23,064 nt of DNA, taken from an uncultured Verrucomicrobiae bacterium (GTDB lineage: Bacteria; Verrucomicrobiota; Verrucomicrobiia; Chthoniobacterales; UBA10450). This document shows, piece after piece, positions 9,852 through 17,924 of this stretch (position 1 is its first letter; every line of letters begins with the position of its first letter). Location of the stretch: positions 1 through 23,064 of the forward strand of contig CAWFGO010000006.1 of the NCBI GenBank assembly GCA_963815455.1, in the 5' to 3' direction. The translations under genes were made by a program, and so were the position numbers. A model generated the notes under the pieces. The model saw nothing but the letters and a program-made list of their open reading frames with translations, ran no database searches and had not been told where the DNA came from.

Positions 9852-11198
9852 TCAGAGTCCATATTGCTGCAAGCGCCGGTAAAATGCGCTCCGGCTCAGG
9901 CCGAGCGCTTCCGCGGCTTTCCTCGCGTTCCCATTGTTTCGCGCCAGCGCCTTCTTAATTAGGAATGCCTCGACTTCTTCCAGGCTCATTTCCTCGAGGG
10001 GGCGCGATTCGCCCACGCTGCTCGTCAAGCCGAGGTCGCCGGCCTTGATCTGTCGATCTCGCGACATGAGCACCGCCCGTTCGATCACGTGGTCCAGTTC
10101 GCGGACGTTTCCTGGATAAGAATGTTGCATCAGGCGGTCGCGAGCCGGTTCATCGAACCCGCCAATCTCTTTGCGGTAGCGCTGGGTATGTTGCTGAAGA
10201 AAATGATTCGCCAACGCCATGATGTCTTCGCGCCGGTCGCGTAACGGCGGCAGCCCGATCTCGATCGTGTTCAGCCGAAAAAGTAAATCCTGCCGAAAAC
10301 GGCCGGCGCCGACTTCGTCATGCAAATTCGAGTTCGTTGCCGAAATGATCCGGACATTCGCGTGCAAGGTCTTGGATGAACCGACTCGCTCGAACTCGCC
10401 GGTCTCGATCACGCGCAGCAGCTTGGCCTGCTGGCTCATTGGGATGTTTGCGATTTCATCCATGAAGAGTGTGCTCTCGTCGGCCAGCTCGAATCGTCCC
10501 GCGCGGTCCGTCTTTGCGTCGGTGAATGCGCCCTTGACGTGTCCAAACAGTTCGCTTTCGAAAAGTGTTTCGGAAAGCCCGCCCATGTTGACCGTGATCA
10601 TCGATTTGGCCGATCGCGGCGAAAGCGAATGCAAGGCCTGGGCGACCAATCCCTTGCCTGTGCCGTTCTCGCCTGTTATCAGCACATTCGCGTCCGAAGG
10701 CGCGACCCGCGAAATCATTTCGATGACCGGCCGCATGGTTGGCGATTCGGCAATTAGATTTGGCGCGCTCCCGCGAAGAAGTTCGTTCTCGGCTTCCAGT
10801 TTGCGGCCGCGGCGGAGCGCCCCCGCCAGTTCGACTTGTGTCCGCACAATCGCGAGCAACCTCTCGTTGTCCCACGGCTTCGGCACGAAGTCGCGGGCGC
10901 CCCGCTTCATCGCTTCCACCGCCAGATCGATTGTCGCCCACGCCGTCATGACAACGATCGGCAAAGTACTGTCGATCGCTTGAATTTTTGGGATGACCTC
11001 CAAACCTTCCTGGCCTGAGGTGGTGTCGCGGGTATAATTGAGATCCATCATCAACAACGCATAATCTTTTTTTTCCAACGCGTTGAAAACCGCCGCCAGC
11101 GACGTGACCGCGTCGGTCTGATATCCGGCGCCTTTAAGAAGAATTCGCAACGCTTCCAGCACGTCGTGCTGATCATCTGCGATTAGAATTTTCCTCAC
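9852..11198 (-). CDS. Sigma-54-dependent response regulator (NtrC family: REC, AAA+, Fis HTH)
   Basis: REC (ILIADD...MMDLN...FVPKPW), Walker A GENGTGKG, ESELFGHVKGAFTDA, LFMDEI, FRQDLLFRLN, YPGNVREL and HTH AAEALGLSRSAFYRRL. Confidence 0.96.
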   Translation of the reverse strand: MRKILIADDQHDVLEALRILLKGAGYQTDAVTSLAAVFNALEKKDYALLMMDLNYTRDTTSGQEGLEVIPKIQAIDSTLPIVVMTAWATIDLAVEAMKRGARDFVPKPWDNERLLAIVRTQVELAGALRRGRKLEAENELLRGSAPNLIAESPTMRPVIEMISRVAPSDANVLITGENGTGKGLVAQALHSLSPRSAKSMITVNMGGLSETLFESELFGHVKGAFTDAKTDRAGRFELADESTLFMDEIANIPMSQQAKLLRVIETGEFERVGSSKTLHANVRIISATNSNLHDEVGAGRFRQDLLFRLNTIEIGLPPLRDRREDIMALANHFLQQHTQRYRKEIGGFDEPARDRLMQHSYPGNVRELDHVIERAVLMSRDRQIKAGDLGLTSSVGESRPLEEMSLEEVEAFLIKKALARNNGNARKAAEALGLSRSAFYRRLQQYGL

Positions 11199-11247
11199 CG
11201 TTAACTCTCAACCGTGTTTCTGGCACGGTGTCAATCGCAAGTGCACC

Positions 11248-13677
11248 TCACTCCTCGCGCAGGGCGACGATCGGATCGACCCGACCGGCGCGGCGCGCTG
11301 GAATCCAGCAGGCGACAAACGTCGCGCCAAGAAGTAATGCCCCGACTCCAAGATAAATTCCGGGGTCGGCCCCTTTTGCTTCGAAAAGAACGCTTTGGAG
11401 TAAACGAGAAAGCCCTATCGAACCAACCAGGCCGATTAAGCATCCGACAACGAGCAACTGCATTCCGTGTGAAAGAATCAAGGCGCGAATCTGCGCGGGA
11501 GTGGCCCCGAGTGCGAGCCGGACTCCAAACTCGCGCACGCGTTTCAACGTCGTGTAGGCGAGAATTCCATAGAGACCGATCGCAGCGAGAAGAAGAGCAA
11601 GGCCGGCAAAGATCGAGAAGAGTAACGTGAGGAGGCGTTGCGCGCCCCAGGTTTCCTCCACCCGATCCAGCATGGTGCGCGCGTCGAAGACCGGCTGGGC
11701 GGGGTCGATTGATGTTACGATGTCACGGATTGGTTTCTCGAGTGAGGTGACACCGGAGCCGGCCCGAACAAGAATCGTGAGACTGTTGCGCTGAGCCTGT
11801 GCCTGCGAACAATAAATCACCGGGAGCGGCGCCATCTCATCGATCGCCTGAAATCGCATCCGCCCAACGACTCCGACAATTTCGTGAAACACGTAGCCTT
11901 CATCATCATTGCCTGCATCGACATAGAGACGTTTGCCGATCGGATCCTCGCCGGGAAAATATTGGTCGGCCAGGGGTTGATCGATGATGACAACGCGGGG
12001 CGAATTGGTCGTGTCCTGTGCATTAAAAAGGCGGCCGCGGACCAGAGGCGATTCAAGGGTCGCGAAATAATCGCCGGCAATCACTTCGAGGTTCGCCGAG
12101 GGCATTTGATTGGGCGTAAGTGTCGGACCGTTTTCGCGACCGAATCCAGTCTGCCAGCCGCCCATCAGCGGTGAATTCGACCCAACGCCGGCAGCTTGAA
12201 CTCCTGGTAGCGCCCGTATCCGGTCGAGCAGGGCCGTCGTAAACGTGATGACTTTTTCGCGCGAAGAATAGGTGCGAAACGGCAATTCGACGCGGGCGGT
12301 CAGCAGACCCCGAGGTTCGTAGCCGAGCTGAAGCGCCTGCATGCGGGCAAAACTTTTCAAAACCAGCGCCGCAGCGACAAGCAAAGTGAGCGTAAGAGCG
12401 ATCTCACTGATGACCAGCCAATCGCGCGTGCGTCTGGCCGACGGCGCATCGCCGCTGCCATGCGATCCCGACTTCAAAGCGAGTTGAACATCGGCGCGCG
12501 ACGTCTGCCAGGCCGGCCACAATCCAAAGAGCACAGTGGTGAGCGAGGCAATGAGAAAGGCAAAACCGAGCACGGGAAGATCGAACGAGATTTCCCGAAA
12601 CCGCTCGACGCCCTCCGGAGCCAATGCCACAAGGGCATCGCGTACCCAGACCGCAATAAAAATTCCAAGCATTCCGCCAAGAAATGCGATCACAAAGCTT
12701 TCCACCAGCAGCTGGCGAATAATCTGCACCCGACGCGCTCCAACCGCCGCCCGAATAGCGAACTCCCGCGCCCGTGCTGCGCCGCGCGCGGCAAACAGAT
12801 TGGCGAGATTCGCACAAGCAATGAGCAAGACCAGTCCGACCGCGCCGAGGAGGAGAGTAAGATTCGTGCGATATTTGCCGACAAGATTCTCGAGCAGCGG
12901 ATTCACCACAACGGTGGCTTGCGCGTTAGTCGCCGGATATAATTTTTCCAAGCGGGCGGCGATGTTCTTCATTTCGCTTCGCGCAAGATCGACAGTTACG
13001 CCGGGCTTCAATCGGCCCCAGACAAACAACATTGGGTGAATGTTTCGGTCTTGCCAGATCGATACGACGCGACGCTCAAATGGAAGCCATGCATCCGTAT
13101 CCTGGGGCGCGGCCATTTGCGGCGGCATGACGCCGATAACTGTGAAGGCCTGGTTGTGCAGTGTAATCGCGCGCCCAACAATCGCCGGATCGCGACCAAA
13201 GACTCTTTGCCAAAGCCGATCGCTAAGAATGACGGCGAGTGGCCCACCTGGCTTCTGCTCCTCCTCAGTAAACGTTCGACCCAATTGAGGCGAAAGACCC
13301 ATCACCTTGAAGAAATCGTCGCTTACGTAGGCGGAAGAAATGCGTTCGGCCTCGCGACCGGGAATGCCAGTGAGATTACGCGACTCGCGACGGGTGACGG
13401 CGAGATGTTCGAAAACCGTATTGTCCCTTTTCCAATCGAGGTAATTGGGAAGAGCGACGGAAAACTGTTGCCCGGGACCGGCGGATTCGGCCAGAACCAT
13501 GATCCGATCGGCGTTCGGATACGGAAGCGGCCGCAACAGGACCGCGTTGATAACGCTAAAGATGGCCGTGTTCGCGCCGATGCCGAGCGCCAGAGTGAGA
13601 ATGGAAATAAACGCGAATGCCGGTTGCTTAATCAGCATGCGCACGGCGTAACGCACGTCTTGAAACAAGGCGCTCAT
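11248..13677 (-). CDS. ABC transporter permease, duplicated MacB-PCD/FtsX (ADOP-like)
   Basis: Intact 809 aa with LALGIGANTAIFSV, IACANLANL...REFAIRAAVGA, REFGVRLALGA and PARRAGRVDPIVALR. Confidence 0.95.
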   Translation of the reverse strand: MSALFQDVRYAVRMLIKQPAFAFISILTLALGIGANTAIFSVINAVLLRPLPYPNADRIMVLAESAGPGQQFSVALPNYLDWKRDNTVFEHLAVTRRESRNLTGIPGREAERISSAYVSDDFFKVMGLSPQLGRTFTEEEQKPGGPLAVILSDRLWQRVFGRDPAIVGRAITLHNQAFTVIGVMPPQMAAPQDTDAWLPFERRVVSIWQDRNIHPMLFVWGRLKPGVTVDLARSEMKNIAARLEKLYPATNAQATVVVNPLLENLVGKYRTNLTLLLGAVGLVLLIACANLANLFAARGAARAREFAIRAAVGARRVQIIRQLLVESFVIAFLGGMLGIFIAVWVRDALVALAPEGVERFREISFDLPVLGFAFLIASLTTVLFGLWPAWQTSRADVQLALKSGSHGSGDAPSARRTRDWLVISEIALTLTLLVAAALVLKSFARMQALQLGYEPRGLLTARVELPFRTYSSREKVITFTTALLDRIRALPGVQAAGVGSNSPLMGGWQTGFGRENGPTLTPNQMPSANLEVIAGDYFATLESPLVRGRLFNAQDTTNSPRVVIIDQPLADQYFPGEDPIGKRLYVDAGNDDEGYVFHEIVGVVGRMRFQAIDEMAPLPVIYCSQAQAQRNSLTILVRAGSGVTSLEKPIRDIVTSIDPAQPVFDARTMLDRVEETWGAQRLLTLLFSIFAGLALLLAAIGLYGILAYTTLKRVREFGVRLALGATPAQIRALILSHGMQLLVVGCLIGLVGSIGLSRLLQSVLFEAKGADPGIYLGVGALLLGATFVACWIPARRAGRVDPIVALREE

Positions 13678-13720
13678 GTTCTAGACGCGCCGATTTCCTG
13701 ATCCGGCATTCTGTTGTTGC

Positions 13721-13942
13721 TCAGCTTCGGTGCGCCTGAATCAACGCGCTCGGCCCCGCCACCACTTTGCCGGTTGAGAGACCGACTGATTGTTGCGCGA
13801 ATTGCCAGATCGACAACACGGCGCAGAGAATGAGCAGCACATAAACCAGCGTTTCCAGCCGGCCGCGGCCCACATCTTCGGATCGAACCACGAGCGCGTA
13901 GGTAGATTCGAATTCGTTATTCATTGGAATTGTTTCGTTCAT
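13721..13942 (-). CDS. Small single-TM hypothetical protein (73 aa; alternative start at 13924); first gene after sigma-54 promoter P2
   Basis: TM segment LVYVLLILCAVLSIW. Lies between P2 and the permease. Shares a motif with 7833..8117. Confidence 0.7.
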   Translation of the reverse strand: MNETIPMNNEFESTYALVVRSEDVGRGRLETLVYVLLILCAVLSIWQFAQQSVGLSTGKVVAGPSALIQAHRS

Positions 13943-13954
13943 GCGCTCGCCTAA

Positions 13955-13970
13955 TGCAGTCGCCGTGCCA
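13955..13970 (-). promoter_or_regulatory. Sigma-54 (-24/-12) promoter P2
   Basis: Minus strand TGGCACGGCGACTGCA (GG-N10-GC). Confidence 0.85.
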
Positions 13971-14047
13971 CGGAAATCATCGATCCTGTAAACAAATCAT
14001 TTCGAGGCATATACGAAATCACATCACGACGGCGATGCGCTGTCGAT

Positions 14048-14085
14048 GTTGCGCAATTGGGATACGGCCGTTCCGTTTTCGGGAC
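14048..14085. promoter_or_regulatory. Tandem enhancer (UAS) upstream of P2
   Basis: GTTCCGTTTTCGGGAC (14070-14085) matches the P1 palindrome at 14/16 and has the identical 100 bp offset. A weaker site GTTGCGCAATTGGGAT lies 22 bp closer. Confidence 0.78.
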
Positions 14086-14115
14086 TTCTCGCGACGCCCG
14101 ATTTGCCCAGGGAAA

Positions 14116-14775
14116 TTACGCTTTCGGCGGCTCGCCGAAATGCGCAGCGTATGCAGTGTAGATCTCGACATCATCCAGCATCGAATCCAATGCCGCCATC
14201 AGCGGCGCTGCTTTTACGATCCCGGAAAAAACCGCGCGATCGCCTATCTCGGTATCGAACACGAACGTCGGCCGCTGCGTTACCTTGAGCGCGTGGAAAT
14301 CGGCGGTATCGGCCCGGACCCGTTTTTCGATCGCAGCCGAGCGGGCGCGTTCGAGCAATTTCTTCGAGTCGAGCCCGGCTGCTTTCGCTCCGATATCGGC
14401 TGCGATTTCCCATTCGCCGAAACGTTTGCCTTCGAGCAATCCGGCGCGAGAGATCGCGAGTCGCACGCGATCGTCGGCGACGCCGAGATCCCTGGCCGCT
14501 TCGGCTACGCAATTCGGCGCGAGAAATTCCGATTCGGTGTGATCGCACCAATCGGATCGCAGCATGACCGGCGATCGCATGATGATCCCGCTGCGCCGAT
14601 AAAACCACGCGTGTTGCTCTTGCGTCGCCGGCAGACCCGTCTTGTCCATCAGCGCGATCTTCCACTGAAATTCAACGCGCCCGTCATATCGCTTTTTCAA
14701 TTCCGCCCAGGCCGGCTCCGCCCAGAAGCACCACGAAGAAATAACATCGAGATAATTAGTGACAGTGATTCGCAT
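14116..14775 (-). CDS. DsbA/FrnE-like thioredoxin-fold protein (DSBA family)
   Basis: N-terminal ITVTNYLDVISSWCFWAE (SxxC at the CxxC position), helical insertion and cis-Pro motif VTQRPTFVF. Confidence 0.8.
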   Translation of the reverse strand: MRITVTNYLDVISSWCFWAEPAWAELKKRYDGRVEFQWKIALMDKTGLPATQEQHAWFYRRSGIIMRSPVMLRSDWCDHTESEFLAPNCVAEAARDLGVADDRVRLAISRAGLLEGKRFGEWEIAADIGAKAAGLDSKKLLERARSAAIEKRVRADTADFHALKVTQRPTFVFDTEIGDRAVFSGIVKAAPLMAALDSMLDDVEIYTAYAAHFGEPPKA

Positions 14776-14813
14776 AATTCAGGATCGACAGTTCATTCAA
14801 TCTTCGGCGTTTG

Positions 14814-14841
14814 ACATCAAACATCAAACATCGAACCTCAA
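14814..14841. repeat. Heptamer tandem repeat, 4 units
   Basis: acatcaa acatcaa acatcga acctcaa, in the divergent intergenic gap. Confidence 0.75.
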
Positions 14842-14853
14842 ACTTCTTTTGCA

Positions 14854-15855
14854 GTGGACCTGAATCACATTTTTCTTTTCGTTGCGGTGATCTCGCCGCT
14901 GCTTGTTCTGGCCCGCGCCTGGCGGCCTGGCAGAACATACCGTGGGTGGCGAGTGGCTTCGCTCATCGTCCTCGCCGTCACCGGGCTGGCCTGGATATTT
15001 TTTCGTAACCAGGCCGGATTTATTGGCGGCGGCGTGTGGTTCGCGCTTCTGTTTGTTCCAGCCGTCGGCTTGCGGAAAGTAACGGAGCTGGCCGCGCAGC
15101 ATCGTTACCGGGACGCGCGACGGCTTACCATCGTGCTCCAACTTTTTCACCCCAGCGTGGAGCTTCGTCAGCAGTGCGAACTATTTCGCACGCTTGAATC
15201 CAATCAACGCGCCGGATCTGCCCCGGCGTTTTCGCTTCGGCCCGGATTAGTCCAGAAAAATCGGGATGGGAGCCTTCGAAGCGCTCCTGCGGTGGGAATT
15301 CTTATTCTTTTGAATGCCGCCGTGTTTCTCGTGGAAATTAGATTTGGTAATTCTGACAGTGCAATGAACTTGCATTGGCTCGGTGCGCTCGAACCGTACT
15401 CTGTCGTCGCGATGGGCCAGTACTGGCGTCTCGTTACCTCGCTCTTCTTGCACGCCGGTGTTGCGCATTTGCTCTTCAATCTCTTTGCCCTCTATGTGCT
15501 GGGACCGGGACTGGAAAGAACCATCGGCTCCCTCCGGTTCGCCGCTGCATATTTGATTTCCGGAATCGGCTCGAGCGTGGGAGTCGTAGGACTTACCGTG
15601 ATCGGCGCCATTCGTGCCGCTCAGGTGGTCGGCGCATCGGGCTGCGTGATGGGGATAGTCGGCGCCTGGGCCGGTTTTCTTCTTCGACATCGTCACGCGC
15701 CGCGGGCGAAAGAACGATTGCTGAATATCCTGCTCATTATCGGAATCCAGACCGTGTTTGACCTAACGACCCCGCAAATCAGCACCGCCGCGCACGTTTG
15801 TGGTTTGATCACCGGATTTTTTGTCGGGTTGATTACGGCGCCCCGGAAGCGATGA
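14854..15855 (+). CDS. Rhomboid family intramembrane serine protease with extra N-terminal TMs
   Basis: YWRLVTSLFLHAGVAHLLFNLFAL, catalytic GASG and AHVCGLITG. Confidence 0.93.
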   Translation: MDLNHIFLFVAVISPLLVLARAWRPGRTYRGWRVASLIVLAVTGLAWIFFRNQAGFIGGGVWFALLFVPAVGLRKVTELAAQHRYRDARRLTIVLQLFHPSVELRQQCELFRTLESNQRAGSAPAFSLRPGLVQKNRDGSLRSAPAVGILILLNAAVFLVEIRFGNSDSAMNLHWLGALEPYSVVAMGQYWRLVTSLFLHAGVAHLLFNLFALYVLGPGLERTIGSLRFAAAYLISGIGSSVGVVGLTVIGAIRAAQVVGASGCVMGIVGAWAGFLLRHRHAPRAKERLLNILLIIGIQTVFDLTTPQISTAAHVCGLITGFFVGLITAPRKR

Positions 15856-15865
15856 GATCGAATCC

Positions 15866-15946
15866 GTCATCCCGAGCGCAGTCGAGGGATCCCGTTCCAT
15901 TAGCTTGGGGTAACATCGCGGGATTCTTCGCTCCGCTCGGAATGAC
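15866..15946. repeat. Palindromic intergenic repeat (REP/MITE-like) between convergent genes; may act as a terminator
   Basis: GTCATCCCGAGCGCAGTCGAGGGATCCCG (15866-15894) pairs with CGGGATTCTTCGCTCCGCTCGGAATGAC (15919-15946). Confidence 0.8.
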
Positions 15947-15954
15947 AGATTGGT

Positions 15955-16665
15955 TTAGCGCAGCCGCAATCGAACAATCTCTTTCAGCATCGACAGGCTA
16001 TCGCGCAGAAATCGCACCTTGCTGCCTTCCTCATGGTTCCAGCGCACTGGAATTTCGCGCAAACGCAGGCCGGCCCGATGCGCCAGATAGATCAGCTCCA
16101 CGTCGAAAGCAAAACCGTCGATGCGTGCCGCTTCCAAAATCGGGCGGCAAACATCGAGCCGAAATGCTTTGAACCCGCATTGGGTGTCCCAAAACGGCAG
16201 GCCGGTGGCGAGTCGGACGACCAAATTGAAAACGCGGCCGCCTTGTTCGCGCCGCCACGATTGATGAACTCCGATCAGACTGCGATCGAGCGCGCGCGAG
16301 CCGAAGGCAAGATCGACATCGCCGTTCGCGATCGGTCCGATCACTTTCGGAATTTCTTCCAGCGGCGTGGAAAGATCGGCATCGAAAAATAAACCGATTG
16401 GCTTTCGAGCGGCGAGCAGTCCCTTGCGCACCGCGGCGCCTTTGCCACGATTTGGAAAATTTTCCAGCAATCGATTCTCGATTTTCGTTCCGGAAAGCGC
16501 TGCCTTTGCCACTGTCGATGTTGCATCGGTCGATCCATCGTTTACGACGATCAACTCGCTCTCCGGCGCATTAGCGAAAAGATAATCGAGCGTTTTCCGT
16601 AGCGTCTCGCCGAGGCGGCCCGCTTCGTTGAAGCAGGGGATCACAACAGAAAAGGGCGACAGCAT
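15955..16665 (-). CDS. Glycosyltransferase family 2 (polyprenyl-phosphate glycosyltransferase, DPG/DPM synthase-like)
   Basis: SVVIPCFNE, VNDGSTD, NRGKGAAVR, FFDADLS, DTQCGFKAF and GFAFDVEL. Confidence 0.93.
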   Translation of the reverse strand: MLSPFSVVIPCFNEAGRLGETLRKTLDYLFANAPESELIVVNDGSTDATSTVAKAALSGTKIENRLLENFPNRGKGAAVRKGLLAARKPIGLFFDADLSTPLEEIPKVIGPIANGDVDLAFGSRALDRSLIGVHQSWRREQGGRVFNLVVRLATGLPFWDTQCGFKAFRLDVCRPILEAARIDGFAFDVELIYLAHRAGLRLREIPVRWNHEEGSKVRFLRDSLSMLKEIVRLRLR

Positions 16666-16674
16666 GTGCGAGTT

Positions 16675-16734
16675 GTAGAGGCGCGTGTCCCGACGCGCAA
16701 CTCCCCAAATTGCGGCGGATACAGCCGCTTCTAC
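16675..16734. repeat. GTAG-type REP doublet (REPIN-like)
   Basis: GTAG-AG-GCGCGT-gtcccg-ACGCGC on plus (16675-16698) and an inverted GTAG-AA-GCGGC-tgtatcc-GCCGC on minus (16734-16712). Confidence 0.65.
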
Positions 16735-16736
16735 AT

Positions 16737-17810
16737 CTATTTGTAAATTTCCACGACAAACTTGCCCTCTGGATCGACATAGGCGCGGTACATGCCGGAG
16801 GTATTGAAAGGCAGCGCGATGTTGCCGGCCCGGTCAATCGCAATCAATCCGCCTTCGCCGCCCAGCTTGGCGACCTTGTCCAGCACCGTTTGCGCCGCTT
16901 CTTGTAATTTCATTCCGCGATATTCCATCAGGGCGGCAACGTCTCGCGCGACGGTGGCACGGATGAAATACTCGCCGTCGCCGGTCGCCGAGACGGCGCA
17001 AGCCACATTGTTCGCGTACGTCCCGGCGCCGATCACAGGTGAATCGCCGATGCGGCCCGCTCTTTTGTTAGTGGTGCCGCCGGTGGAAGTCGCTGCGGCA
17101 AGATTGCCGTCTTTATCCAGCGCCACCGCGCCGACCGTTCCGTGTCGATCTTCATCTGTGATAATATAACTCTTGCCCGCCGCGCCGCTCTCCTCGGCGG
17201 TCTTGATCTTCTGTAATGCCTGCCAGCGTTCTTCAGTGTAAAAATATTTTTGATCGGGCAGAAGCTCGACACCGTTCTGTTTCGCGAACACTTCCGCGCC
17301 TTCTCCAGCCATCAAAACCGGACCGACCCGCGGAGACTTTGATGCATGTTTCGCCTTGTCCATGAGCAAGCGGGCGAGACTGATTGGACTTTTGATATGG
17401 CGCAAGTTCGCTACCGCGCCGGCTTTTAAACTCTTGCCGTCCATGATTGCCGCGTCCATTTCATTCGTCCCCGCATTCGTAAACACCGAGCCGCGCGCGG
17501 CGTTGAAATGGGGATCGTCTTCGAGAACGCGGACGGCGGCTTCGGTTGCGTCAAGGCTCGATCCGCCACGCTTGAGAATTTCGTAACCGGCAGTGAGCGC
17601 TCGCTCGAGCCCCGCTCGATATTCGCGCTCGCGTTCGGGCGTCATTTTGGTGCGGTCGATCGTCCCCGCCCCGCCGTGGACGGCTATGCCGAATTTTGCC
17701 TTATCCAATTTCATGTTTTTCTCCGGCGCCTCCGGTTTTTCCCCGGCGCTTTCTGCGCGGGAGGCCAGCGCCAGTGCTGCCATCGCCACGAGCGCCATCG
17801 CGGAATTCAT
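16737..17810 (-). CDS. iaaA: Isoaspartyl peptidase / L-asparaginase (Ntn hydrolase) with putative signal peptide
   Basis: IAVHGGAG, EMDAAIMDG, nucleophile site HG-TVGAVA, ATSTGG, GRIGDSPVIGAG and SATGDGEYF. Start placed at ATG 17810 before a hydrophobic Ala-rich leader; the exact start is uncertain. Confidence 0.92.
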   Translation of the reverse strand: MNSAMALVAMAALALASRAESAGEKPEAPEKNMKLDKAKFGIAVHGGAGTIDRTKMTPEREREYRAGLERALTAGYEILKRGGSSLDATEAAVRVLEDDPHFNAARGSVFTNAGTNEMDAAIMDGKSLKAGAVANLRHIKSPISLARLLMDKAKHASKSPRVGPVLMAGEGAEVFAKQNGVELLPDQKYFYTEERWQALQKIKTAEESGAAGKSYIITDEDRHGTVGAVALDKDGNLAAATSTGGTTNKRAGRIGDSPVIGAGTYANNVACAVSATGDGEYFIRATVARDVAALMEYRGMKLQEAAQTVLDKVAKLGGEGGLIAIDRAGNIALPFNTSGMYRAYVDPEGKFVVEIYK

Positions 17811-17924
17811 GGACGCGAATCTAACCTTGCCCGGTCGGCCGTGTCGAAAGCTTTCGTGAAAGGAGCGTCGAGCATTCAATTTTCTGCTTTTCCAGCCTGA
17901 TTACTGGGCCACCTTCCCCTGAAC

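Noticed and set aside
11211..11240. TGGCACGG on plus as a sigma-54 promoter; TTGACA on minus plus an ACCGTG-N7-CACGGT dyad as the regulator promoter
   Set aside because: No GC at -12 spacing and antisense orientation. The TTGACA lacks a convincing -10, so it is left uncalled.
16737..17879. Full 380-aa ORF start for the isoaspartyl peptidase
   Set aside because: The first 23 codons lie in the short divergent promoter gap and look non-coding. A start at 17810 gives a plausible leader.
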